From Chrysomallon squamiferum (taxonomy: Eukaryota > Animalia > Mollusca): a DNA stretch of 64,000 nucleotides. The number at the start of each line of letters is the position of its first letter. Within the stretch, counting starts at the first letter, position 1. The stretch spans positions 18,414,001-18,478,000 of the forward strand of contig CM022665.1 of the NCBI GenBank assembly GCA_012295275.1, written 5' to 3'. The position numbers were made by a program, and so were the translations under genes. Below are positions 1-13,764 of this stretch, one piece after another. The notes beneath the pieces were generated by a model, which searched no databases, was not told the DNA's origin, and worked only from the letters and a program-made list of their open reading frames with translations.

Positions 1-1059
1 TCTGTGCGCCTTTTAAACATTGTTTTGTTTTAGTATGAAGGTATGATCATGTGTCTGTGTATGTATATATTTACATAATGCTACACACACATACACACAC
101 GTATATAAATACACATTGATGTGTCATTTGTGTGTGTACACACGCGCAATTAAGCCACGGATAATTGATTTCTTACTGATGGCTATCTAGTATCGTTTTA
201 CAGGACAAAAACCAAGTAAGATAAACTGTCCAGTTTAGCGTGCTTGGACTTCAGTCAGGTCTAACAGTAGATAATAATAATTAGTATCTATGTTAGGGAA
301 TACAGTGCACGTTATACAGTAGGGGTGTAATAATCCCACTGAAAAATATTTGCTACTGAATGTGAAATTTAAAAGATCTGTAGAATTTTCTTAAAAATCA
401 GATGAAACAACAACAACAACAACGACAACAACTACTACAATAATAATAATAAATAAATAAATAAAACAGAAAAGTATCAAATTAAATTAAATTAAATTAA
501 GAAAACAACAAAAAAAAAAACGACCTTTCAATATCTAAAACAGTAAACAAAACGCTTTCCATCATTTCTACCACCCACATGTTCAGAAATCCCCTCCCAC
601 CAAACTTCGGCATCAAAACAAATTAACTTTACGGTCACTTTATCGCTGGTAAAATAGTTCCCATACTTATTCCTCTTAGCGCGGCTTCAAAGTATTCAAA
701 GTAAACTGATTCTGCGTTTTCCCTTCATTTAGCATTTAGCTGTGGGCTCCATTTGAATGATGTGAAATAAGAGAGGAGTTTTCTCTTAAACACAAGTTAG
801 TTGAAGCGCCCTGTTAAACTCAGTGTTTGTTTATACAGAATTAGGTTGTCTGTTTAAACACGAGGTCTCCGGTCTCTTGGAGTATGTTGATCAACTGCAA
901 ATGCGCATGCCGGACTGTATCCAGTACGAGCTTCTATTACTGTGGTTAACAACACTCAAGTATCTTGTTCATCTTGGTCCGTTTTCGGGTGAAATCTCTG
1001 TAAAGATTACTCGGTCAAAATAAACACTGACTTGAGACCTTTTTTTCTAGATTAGGTAG

Positions 1060-1093
<34 letters not shown>

Positions 1094-1922
1094 GTCGCGA
1101 ACATCTTGAGTAAATAAATAACAACGTATGGTGGATGGCAGTTGAGTAGGTTAAACTATTCAGTAAAGAAACCTTGAATAAATAAATGTAAGTGGAAAGT
1201 ATATGACATTACACAAGAATGTTTAATAATAATTTAACATAATCTATCGTACAAACAAATATGACATAAACACTCCAACCATCATAGCCTGACCTCGCTC
1301 GCTTTAGGACTACAAAATCTACGGAGCCATCACTCGATGATATATAAACCCAGTGCATTTTTACTAATGTACTTGAAATTAACTGGGTGACATGTACTAT
1401 CGGGATTTATTATTACCTGCAAGATTTAATTATTACGAATGTCAACAAGTAGGCATTTTTTATTTTTTTTTTTTTTTTTTTTTTTAAACAAATCACAGAA
1501 AACACGAAAATATAATTTTTAAAAATTGTCGATAAAAGATTTGTTATTGCTTGATTATAGAAAATGTTTGGGTGGTGAGACACTAAGCATACATTAACAA
1601 ATAATTATTTTTGTATCTGTTTCTACAATAACGTATACATCTAACATTTTTATTACGTTTTATATTGAATATTTCACGTACTTATTACCTTATTTTAAAT
1701 TATTACTTTATAAAATAAATAAATAAATAAATCAATAAAAATCTTTATACTGATATTAACATTTTTATATTTCTTAAAATTGCAGATTAAAAAAAATAAA
1801 TAAATAAATAAAAAGATCAGATCATTCGTTATATTTTCTAGGTAATATATCTATCATCCGTAAAGAAATATATTCATATAACCTTATTTCCTTACAAACA
1901 TATATATATATATATATATATA

Positions 1923-1972
1923 TCCATTTCAACCAGACAATAATTAAAAATTAAACCTTTATGTGTCTGCGC

Positions 1973-2010
<38 letters not shown>

Positions 2011-2063
2011 GCGCAGACACACATAAACGTTTAATTTTTAATTATTGTCTGGTTGAAATGGGA
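1923..2063. repeat. Palindrome of about 140 bp centred on (TA)n
   Basis: Arms 1923-1973 and 2010-2063 are near-perfect reverse complements. Confidence 0.9.
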
Positions 2064-2651
2064 TAGACTGTTACAAAGCATGCCTCTGTTGGGTACATAG
2101 TCCAGAACCTGGTATGTCAGCCCAAGTAAATGTATAGTGTTCTAGAGAATTGTATAAAAGCGTTGTTTTTTTTTTTTTTTTTTTTTGTGGTTTTTTTGTT
2201 TTTTTTTTTTTGTTTTGTTTATATATATATATATATATAAATGTTTGTCACTATTGTATTAAAGTTTGGTTTTACGACTAATCGGTTAAGTCAAGGTTGG
2301 AAACAGTTTCAGTGTGTTAGACATCTTTTAGTTGCGTTGTTATAGACAGGAAGGTACATGTCACAAATAGTGATAAACCAACGGGGGTGTCCTAGTTGGA
2401 ACAGGATCTCAGCTCTAGGCCATAATGCTTGAGCCACAGTCCAAACACTAATTAATAAGGATTGAATGTATTTTATTAATAGCGGTTTCTAGAATCTTTT
2501 CAAAATGACTAACTTCTTTTTTCGCAATACGAGTTAAGAAAAGATATTTTCACTCTTACGCTTACGAATGAATAGAATAGATCATGATTTTGTAAATCCA
2601 CCATTTTGTTATGTTAACTGTTATATGTAAATATCTTCGTATATCGTAGAC

Positions 2652-2780
2652 CAGGGGTCGGCAACCAATTATTATATTAACTTTTTTTAAATCTCCAGAC
2701 CAAAGCAGCCTTGCTTCCTCCGCATCCCTTTTTGGTGTTCAATATTGAAGAGAGAACTGAGAGAGAACTGAGAGAGAACT

Positions 2781-2869
<89 letters not shown>

Positions 2870-2975
2870 GGTGTTAGTGTTTGTTATATATATAATACAT
2901 TTGGTATCTTGGCCCTCCTCCAAAACACTGCATAGCTGTCTGGCCCCCCTCTCTCCAAAAGGTTGCCGACCCCTG
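2652..2975. mobile_element. hAT (Buster/Charlie-type) MITE containing a (GA)n tract
   Basis: Perfect 15-bp TIR CAGGGGTCGGCAACC / GGTTGCCGACCCCTG; 8-bp TSD tcgtagac / ccgtagtc with central TA. Confidence 0.85.
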
Positions 2976-3470
2976 CCGTAGTCTATGTCCTGAGTGTAAA
3001 TAGAGTTCAATTCAGTAACTGTTACTCCTGTCCATTATAGTAGCTTAGAAGCAAAAGTGGTCTACTGCCAGGGATCGATCCTGGAACCACTTCCTTCTAT
3101 GATCTTTACTATTACAGCAGTAACATAACACAGCCTGTAGAGCCAGTTGCCAGTCTATTTTAGAGTGGATTGATTAATAATGTATACCTGATCTCGATAC
3201 GCTGATTAGAGAAATGAAACTTTTAGTAGTTAATTAGAGCAATAGGGACTACGTCAGGATTTATTTTTATCGTCTTTTTATGAGTGGGTCACCAAGCTTC
3301 TCGTTTTGTTTGGATTTATAAACAGAGCAGGTACATAATGTAAATTACGATCGAACTTGGAGATCGTTCAGATTCGTATATGACAAAAAACATGTCGTGC
3401 AAAAGATTACAAGGAAGAAAGAACGACAAAATAAAATTTTATCGATTGTGTGTGAATAAAATTAAAGCCA

Positions 3471-3504
<34 letters not shown>

Positions 3505-3975
3505 TTGTTTGTTTGTTTTCTTCTATCTTTATGTTTATTCCTTATTTATTTGTTTGTTTATTAGTTTATTCATTTATTTTTAATTTGCTATTGCTGAAAT
3601 TTATAATAATAATAATAAGAAGAAGAAGAATTAAAATATAAAAAAATATTTAATAACAATAATAATAAACAAAAACGTTAACAATAATGATAAAAGTAAT
3701 TTAACAATCAAAATTATTAAATATAAATTAAAAAAAAACTAGAAAGTAAATATTTTAAATTTAAAAAAAATATATTTATAAAAATTTAATACATAAAATA
3801 CAATATTAATAATAATAATAATAAATAGAATAAAATACAAATAAATAAATAAATAAATAAATAAACAAATAAATATAAATGTAAATAAATAAATAAATAA
3901 AAGAAACGATCAATCGAAAACAGTAACCGAAACCCAAGATGATCGTTACCATGGAGATGGGACTTGTAATTAAAC

Positions 3976-4364
3976 GGTGTCTTCCCATTTGGTAGATTCC
4001 CAGTTCGTATAATTCCCATTTCGTAGAAAAATCTGGTTTACCGCAATACCTGATTACCTCTGTATATAATGAACTTGGCCTGTGCATACATCTGGTTTCT
4101 TTCTAACATTCAGAGGGGGAGCGCATTGTTCCTAAATTGATTATGTAACATCAACCGAAAGCAGAATAAGCATTCACAACTCATTTGTTGTTGATTTGTT
4201 ACTTTTTCATTATTTCATCATCTTCCTCCTTCTCATTATCATCATCATAATTATCATCATCAACATTATTATTATTATTATTATAATATTATTACTATTA
4301 TTATTGTTGTTATTATTATTATTATTGTTATTCTTCTTATTCTTCTTATTATAATTACTGTTAC

Positions 4365-4430
<66 letters not shown>

Positions 4431-5822
4431 GGTCATTTCTAATTCATAAACATTTCATTTCCGTTACAAAACAAGCAACCAATAATAAACAATTTTACAT
4501 CAATTTCATCTATCTATTAAAAAACAAAACGAAAAAAGAATGAAAGAAAAGAAAAATTGCTTGCTTCTGTAAGAGAATACGACAAAAATATTATAAATAA
4601 CTAATTCAGCAAATATAATTTTTAACAAAACATATTTTACATATGAGTAATTTACTTATATTCAGTAAATAGAATATTTGAACCTTACATTTATCATTAA
4701 CTTTTCGAATTCAACCGTATTCAGCTTAAACATGTACAAGATATATGTTACTGATCATATTTACGTTATGCACACAGACATATTCAGATTGTGCACATAT
4801 TATACAATATATGTGACATAGTATGTACACCAAAGATATTATGACCTGCAAATACTTTGGCTATGACTGAAAAAGTTTATACGAAGGACCAAATCATTGG
4901 GAATACTTTTAGATAAATACCTTCTTTTTTAATTATTTACATTCACTATATTTGATACATAGATTATTTCGATATTTGTCATATTTGCATACTTTATGCG
5001 ATAAGCAATATCCATACTACAATAATACCTCAGATTAAAGATGTAATTGGTTCCAAAACTTCCGATAGTTAAGTGAGGTAAGCGGGAGACTAATTTACAT
5101 AGAATTAAGGTTAAAAGCAGTGGTTACTTTCTCGTTGATGAGATCTGACATAAAAAAAAAAAGTTGAAATAAGGAGAAATAAAACGGCAGTTTAGACATA
5201 AATGATTTAATAGATTGTAGATATTAAATAAACAGTAAATCATTTACAAATCAATTTATACAAATACATTAAGAAATAAGTATATGCCGCTCATTGTGGG
5301 TTTGGTTTCATTTAAGATAATGTATTTTGTTTCTAAAGTTATTGCGTTCCGTTTCTTTTATCATCAGCATTCGCCGATATACTGTTATTCGTTTTGACAT
5401 ATTGGAGGGGTAAATTACAAACGAGTTTAAGTCTAAATCGAAGCAGAAAACAAAAGAGAATCAGAATATCAGATGCACGTATGACGTGTCAACTGATCAA
5501 CACAGCTGAGAGAAGCTCGTGAATGAACGAAAAATTAAAGAAAAAGGACTTAAAAACATGCACTGTATACATTTGTATCATTTATTTCGAGCAATTAACT
5601 ATTAAATTAAATTTCTATTTATATAATTTGTAAAGAAGAAAGATTGTTAAAGCGTGGTATCATTAAGCGAGATGTTACTGTATTTGTACAATAATAATCG
5701 CTTTCCAAATAATCTGGAGCAGTTCATTAAAATGACTGAGGTAAAACCAAACATGTCAATAAGACTACTGAACCACATTTAGCCTTTCTACGAAATGGGA
5801 TTCTACCAAATGGGACTAAGCC
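3976..5822. mobile_element. Non-autonomous MULE/foldback-type element, 1.85 kb
   Basis: GG...CC termini with inverted subterminal ~15-bp repeats (TCCCATTTGGTAGA / TCCCATTTCGTAGAAA); exact 8-bp flanking duplication AATTAAAC at 3968-3975 and 5823-5830. Confidence 0.75.
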
Positions 5823-6141
5823 AATTAAACAATGACTGAAAAGCAAATTAGTGATTTTAAACGAGAACAGAAATGAATTTGTGATCAAGTTACGACTTTG
5901 ACTGACAGTCAAATGAGACAAAACTAAAGAGCTAAATTTAGAAGCAGCATTAAGTTCAGTAGCTGCTTGCTTACTTGAGGCGTAACGGGATGCAGAATCA
6001 GTCCTTGTTAGTTAGCATTTTGTGTTAATTCCAATTCCAGCTGTAATAATAATAATAATAATAATAACAACAACAACAACAACAACAACAATAATACTAA
6101 TCTATTAATAATAATAATAATAATCACAACAACAACCACAA

Positions 6142-6181
<40 letters not shown>

Positions 6182-7379
6182 CTCATACAACAAACTGTAA
6201 ATAATAAAATGTGTCAAGCTATTAAATATACATATGTTTCAATATCGCTACTAGTTCATCAAGTACGCTGTGCGGTTTATTCAGTGTTTGTGTGTTATCA
6301 CTTCACTTGACATTATCAGTTACACTAGACCCAATAATATTTACCAAACAACTGTCATTAGTGATTACAACAAACATGGCTTGAACTCGACTAACGCACT
6401 ACAAGCAAATTTCTTTCTTATCAACATAATTCTGCCAGTAAGTATACTTGTGGACAAAAGAAATTCACCTAACTAGAGTTAAATACGTGTGCGGTTTATT
6501 GAGATATACATGTATGTGAAATAAAATAAAAAGTGTGTGTGTGTGTAAATATATTCTTATTTTCTGAACGTCACTTTATTTGTAAGCAGAACTTTGAAAT
6601 AAATTAAATCAGTAAATAAAAAAGAATCAATTTTAATTATTTTGAAAAATGAATATTTATAAAATTTTAAATATTTTTCATTTGCTAATATTCAAATGAT
6701 AGGGAAATTTTCTTTTTTTAGTGTGTATACAGTTTAAAAAAAAAATATATATATATATGAAAATGAATATCATCTATTCTTGGTTTAATTAATTATCGAT
6801 TTTTTTCTCTCACTACATTTGTTTTTTAAATTTCTTATTTATTTATTTACTTAGTTACTTACTTATTTCATTTTATTTAACTATATTTAATTTCTTTCTT
6901 TTTTTTTTCTTCTTCAAGTTATGAAATAAATTTTAATAATTCTTTATTTATATTTTGTTTTTATTTTTATTTAATATCAACAAAAGTGTTTTGTTTTCAG
7001 ATTGCCCAAAGCTAGAAATATTTTTAAAAACTTCCTTATTTATATTTATTTTATGTCTTTTATAATTTTATTTTACAATTCATTTTCGTTTCATTAACTT
7101 TTATTACTTTTAAATACCCGAGACTTACAATTTTACAACTTGGATTAAAAATGTTGGTTGTTTTATCTATCTATCTATCTATCTATATTATATATATATA
7201 TATGTTTTATTTTAATATTTATTTATTTATGTTACTTTTGTCTATGGCAGTATAAACAATATTTAATTGTCTTGATTCACTTTGTGTACTTCAAAACGAT
7301 CCTCTCTTCTCTCTGTTAATAATACACAACAATAAAATAACAGTCTCCTGAAAGACTTACATCTGCCTTTTCTTTTACT

Positions 7380-7411
<32 letters not shown>

Positions 7412-8704
7412 TATTTTTTATTTTATCTCTTTTTTTGTCTAAAATCGGTTTCTTAACATAATATATTTGTGAAATATTTTATCGATTTCGATAAATTTTT
7501 ATTAGTAGGAAACAATAACTGATCAATAAAGTCTGAACAATATTCAAATTTTGAATTTAAAATTTTGATTAATTATGTTTTTTATTTAAATATATGTGAT
7601 AATATTTTTATTTATTTATTTATTATCATTATTATTATAGATAATAATTATTATTATTATTATTATTTATTGTTTTACTTGGTTCTTTAACCTTCTTTTT
7701 AAAATAAATGTTTAATATCAAATAATAATAATAGTAATAATAAAAACAACAACAAAGCAAAACAAAACAAAATGTTTGAGTAAAGCTGAATAAATATTTA
7801 AATATATATTTGGAATTATTTTTACTTAATGAATTATATATTTTGTAAGAACAAGGTTAAGACATGACTTCTTCAGTACAGCTGGTCACAATGTAAACTG
7901 TTAAGATAGATTACACTCCATTACAAATATTTATATTGTACATATGAAAGAAAAAATACAAAACAGGCCATATTTACAGATAACAGGCTACCTTAGGGCG
8001 GAATACTAAACAGGACTCTAACAAAGTCACGTGACTCTTGTACCAGAAAAAAGCGACCTCTATCTCACTGTCACAAAGCCTTCACAGAGGTAACTTTTTT
8101 CAAACATTACTTTATCAAAATTAATATCTGGATTTATTCATTCAGTCAACGATCTAGCTACAAATACTTATTTGTAATAAGAGATATGTAATTAAAAGTA
8201 CTAATAATTTAATTTGGGGTAATTTTTTTTTTTTTTTTTTTTTTAGAATATCTTTTTGTAATCAGCTGGTCGTGATTTTTCTGCTAATAAAAAGTTTTCG
8301 AATACAGTTTAATTAAAATTTGTTTTAAGAAACAAGAAAATAATAATTATAATAATGATAAAAAATAATAGTAGTAACAGTAATGATAATAAATATAATA
8401 ATAATAACAACAACAACAATAATAATAATTAATAATAAATAATAATGTAAATAAAAATTAATATGATATTATATACATTATAATTTGTCATTAGTGCTTT
8501 GCATTATGGGTAATAAAAATTACAGTTATAGTATTCTAAATGGATTTTCTTTTTCTATGATTTTATGTCATTTAGATTCCATTGCTTTGCATTATGTGTA
8601 ATAAAATGTACAATATTTACTCTATATGTATTTTGTCTTTTCTTAATCTCATTTTCTGTTCATGTTTTCATCATTCTTGTTAAAGTGGTTTTTTTTTGAG
8701 GGGT

Positions 8705-8969
8705 CAGTGGCGTGCAGAGACGGGCCGAAGGGGGGTGGCCCCGGGGATCCAAACTGGGGGGGGGCATCCAAACAGAGAAAAGAATTTAATAAATTTGGTT
8801 GATTTATATTTAAATCGAATAAAGTGTTTATTTTTTTCATCTGTGTTTACATATTCAAAATATCTTCCATTCTCATAATATTTCTCAGTACCAGACCTTA
8901 CACTTGAGTCTTTGGGGCACACAATCAAAGAGTTGGCCCCAGACATTACCAGACCTCTGCACGCCACTG
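8705..8969. mobile_element. MITE with CAGTGGCG termini
   Basis: Perfect 15-bp TIR CAGTGGCGTGCAGAG / CTCTGCACGCCACTG with GC-rich subtermini; TSD unclear (only GGT is shared). Confidence 0.8.
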
Positions 8970-10726
8970 GGTGGTGTGGGGTATATTTTTCAGCATTTTA
9001 TAATGGTCACTTTCCTGATAGTTAAATTAGAAACCATTGCAGCCTTATATATATATATATACTAAAAATAATATAAAAATAGTAATAACAAATAATAAAT
9101 AAATAAATAAAAATAATAATAAATAAATAAATAAAATCAATTGAAAACTTAAAAATATGATGTATTTATAGTTTAATATGCACACCAACGCCAAAATATT
9201 ACTCCAATACCGACATTCCTCTTCCTTAGGTTATAACAAAATTAACATAACACTTTCAAAGGCATCACTTGAGAACTGTCATAACTATGCTAAACATTTC
9301 TCACTCCCTAAGTTGCAAGGCTTGTTCGTTAAGTCATCAGCCTTAAGATATAGATTGAAGGATACTTTTATTATCATTTTATTCATTCCATGTTCACACT
9401 AATAGATCTGTTAAGACAGCAGAATTAGTTACAAAGATATTTCCACTTTAATTTTATTTGTACAATAGATTTTTATTAGAATATATTCATTGCTATATAA
9501 TTCATAAAGTGTTCATATTGATACATCTATTTAGAAAGTTATTTAGTCAATTTACTGCTTAACTTTAGAAACACGAACGATAAAAAATAATAAAAAAAGA
9601 AAAAGAAAGAATTTTTTTTTTTTTTTTTAAAGTTAAGGACAGAAAACAAACAAGAAACTTGGGAGAAAACGTCTAATGGTAAGAACAGTATATTAACTGG
9701 TAGTAATTTGTATTACCCAAAATGCAAAGCAACGGAATCTAAATCATGATAAATTGCAATAAGCAAACATAAATAAATAAGTGTAGTTTATATATAGTCT
9801 TTTGGGACATTTATTTATTTACTTATGTTTTTTTTGTTGTTGTTGTTTTTAATTATTATTGTTTATTTTATTTTATTTTTTTATTATTATTTTTATATTT
9901 CATTTCCACACAAAATGTTCACAAGAAAAAAAGGATTGTTTGGGGATTTTTTGTGTTGTTTTTACATTTCTTTATAAAGAGTAACATCATGAGTGAAAAA
10001 GACAATCATATGATAAAATTAAATTAAGCATTAACTACATTATAATCATACTTTTATAGCAGTCAGTATATTTTGTTATTTGTTTGCACTACCACAGTTA
10101 ATAATTATACTTTATTATTAACGAAGTATAGTTTTCATGAACAAACAAAACAGTTACTATTTATGTATTTTGTTATACAACAAGAGTATCAAAACCTGCT
10201 GTTACATCACAACAGGTAATTATTACCGATAAGCAGCAATTAGTCTTTTTACATACACTTTCTCATACAGATAGTGGTTGGAACGGAAAATTGTGAAATG
10301 ATATATATTTATGTGATTTAATGTTAGCAAAGTAAGAACTCTGTAATCAAATTACTACTCTAATGAGCAAAAAGGAGACACATTTGGAACGGTGTTTCCA
10401 TGACGTACGTGTTTCTGCTCAGCATGTTGTGATTAACAAACTACTGCATGGAGATGACATGTAATTAGAGTATGCTGTGTTAAACACACAGACAATGTAT
10501 TGATTCACAATACAGTGAGAACATGTGTGTTCAAACAAATGTTATTAATATGTATGTTAATTGTTTGTTAGTGAAAACCATTCCAGGAAAAGAACAAAAA
10601 GTGTTATATATTTTTTTCTTCTTCTTCAAAATGGTTGCAGTTGTGGAGCATAAAGAAAAAGAGAGAAAGAAAGAAAACAAAATATTTTTTAAATATAATT
10701 CCTGACGTTATTCAAATTCTTTGTAT

Positions 10727-10762
<36 letters not shown>

Positions 10763-11629
10763 TTATTTTCTGTTTCCTTTCAATGGATGCCTGAGCTTAA
10801 TTAAAATATTTTGTGGTAATTTAGAAGATTCCTTTTTTTAAAACACTCTGAAAGTTGAGAAAGTAAAGTGATAACTGAAACATTTTAATTAACCTGCCAA
10901 AAAAAATTATATATTTGTGGTTAAACAGTAAAAACCTTTTCTTCATGATTCAGCACAGTCCATAAACCAGCTGGAAAGATTGATTCATAAAAAGAAATAT
11001 ATGTAAATAATATAATATTTATAGTGTAACAGTCAGTCATAAAATACAAGAAAGAAGAGAAAGGAAAATGGGACAATTTTCAGCTTGTATGAATTTAATG
11101 CAAGATTTAAAAGAAGTCCTATTTCTTCATTCTGCGGTCAATACTCTCCAGTAAACACCTGTTCATAAAAAATATTTTAATACTAGAAGAGCTTTTTAAA
11201 CATCATTTTTATTGAATTATCCAGGTCCGAAAAATGATTTGTGTTGTGTTTATTGAACTGGTTTTACTGATGCTGTATCAGTTTTACTAGTTTGTTTTAT
11301 AGGACACTGTAGTCTGACGTCGATTTAATTGTCTACCATAAATCTACATCCGTTTAATAGTTGACATTTTGTACTTACATGACCAAAGAGTTCATACGTT
11401 TATAATAAAATGTTATATATTATTAATAATATAAATCAAACTTTACAGTGTGTATGTGTGTGTCTGTGTGTGTGTGTGTGTGAAATCAAACTACTACTGC
11501 TAATAATAATAATTAAAAATTCCAGACCCATGCGAAATCCGGGTATCTTGCGCCACTTTATTTTTTGCCAACCGAAGTTTTGTTTGTTTGAAAATTTCAT
11601 TTAATTATCATCAGCATATATGCAAATAC

Positions 11630-11667
<38 letters not shown>

Positions 11668-13168
11668 TATTTATTTATTTTATTTAATTTTTTGTTTTTT
11701 GTTTTTAATAAAACACACGATTTTATATCATGTCAAAATGACTAATTTTGTTACGTCACAAGACGATCTATATTAGATACTTCCGAATTACCCAGCCTAG
11801 TCATATCGCATTCCACCGGTCAGTTAAATGACCGAGTCCGGTATTTTTATAACCCTGATACGTGATTATAATAATGATTCTGTAACTTTAAATACCAGCT
11901 AGGGGGTATAAACTTTAGATGAGAGAAAGTTCGTGATTATGTTGCTTGTTATTGCGTGTGAAAATATAATTTCGTACAGTATCACTTTCGTGCGAACTGG
12001 GGTTTTTTGTGATCCATTGATGTTTAAGTTCAGTAATGAAAGATTAAGTTTCACTAATCACTATTTTGATTTAAAAAAAAAAAATTGGGAATGCATTTTA
12101 AACAAACACATATGTAAAGTTCATACACAAATATTATAATTATTCATGATTCATAAATAAAACACAACTGTCAAAGAACATTTATATGGGGGAATGAGGT
12201 GAAATTATTTTATTAGCAAGAAAGATTTCTTTAAATTTCACTTTTCTCCAAATTAATCTTGATAGTGTTTTTCAAAATCTTTTAGAACAAAGTATTAACT
12301 ACATTTTCCAATAAAAATTAACCGTTTGAAGAAAAAAATATTTCATTTCTATTTTTCTCAAACAAAGAAAAAAATATATATATAAATAATAATAAAAAAA
12401 AAAATTAAGAGACATTTGCAGTAATAAATGCAGCTTTGAATGCCAAATATAAACATTTATCTTTGTTTTTATGCTGAGATCAGGAAAATAATAATAATAA
12501 CAAAAATAATAATAATAATAAAAAAAATATTCAAGTCAAAATTTTACGATCTGGGCTGTATGACCTTTAAAGAAATAAAACAAAAACTATAAAGTTTTTT
12601 TCCATGTCAATCCCCATGCAGATAAAGCCAAAACCATAAAGGGTTTTCCATCTCATTAGCAGGCAATAGGTTCTGGTTCAGTGAAATGGCAGTCGATCAT
12701 CTGTTGGTTTTATTTACAGTCTAGACATTTAAAATACTCACTTCCCATGTACCAGTATAGTGTAGACAGAAACACCGCGGTCACGTGAGAGACTCCATGG
12801 GTACCAGTTTATTTTCGCAACGTTCGCGTATCCCCGTTGTTATTACTGTTAGGATCTTAGACACTTCTGAAATAAATGTCTTTGTTTAACGCTTTTTAAC
12901 ATTTTTACTTTTTCTTCAAAAAGCAGCGTTTATTTTATGCTTTGATATAATTTTAATTAATTATAATACTTATTTTATTTTAAATAATAACAAACAAAAC
13001 AACTAATAATAAAATAAAAATAAGATAAAATAATTTATGATTTCTGATATTTCCCCCTGTCATCCTAACCCCTCTTTCTGTGTTTGTATTTGTATATTAA
13101 TGATCAAAAATAAAAATATATTTTAATACATACAGATGCCTACAGGCATTTTTTCTGTTAGCATTAAA

Positions 13169-13214
<46 letters not shown>

Positions 13215-13463
13215 GGACTTCTTCGGTGAAATATCCATAATGCTTGAAGGTAAATAGTAACAGTACTTAATTTACATAACAATTTTTCTTTGGAAGATAG
13301 TATTTACAATTTTTCTTATAATTATTATTTATTAACTTACAGCTACTAGAATTTTAAAAATTCAAATTTTAATAATTATCCTAAACATATGTTAGGTTAC
13401 AGACACATAAGCAAATTTTGGAAGAAAACAAAAGTAGAGACCTAAAATAAAAGATAACTTTAA

Positions 13464-13508
<45 letters not shown>

Positions 13509-13711
13509 AATAAATAAATAAATTAATTAATTAGTTGAAATGAACAAATAAAATAACAATTTTAGACTGTTGTAAATTGGAAAATTCTGCATTCGTTTAC
13601 ATTTCTAATTTTAAACGTTCCAGTCGTGTCCGTATGACATTTGAGCATATTTTAAAACCGCCATTTACCGTAAGTGCAGATATTTTTAACAAATGTTAAC
13701 AACAACAACAA

Positions 13712-13764
<53 letters not shown>

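Noticed and set aside
823-1023. 66-aa ORF in a GC-richer patch with a TGCGCATG (NRF1-like) motif
   Set aside because: Non-ATG start, no recognisable homology and no clear splice sites; possibly regulatory or UTR sequence but unsupported.
4430-5200. Possible LINE 3' fragment with a minus-strand poly(A) tail
   Set aside because: Hand translation gave no convincing reverse-transcriptase or C-terminal motifs.
11510-11852. Possible MITE with AAAAATTCCAGAC / GTCCGGTATTTTT ends
   Set aside because: The inverted match is short and imperfect, with no TSD.
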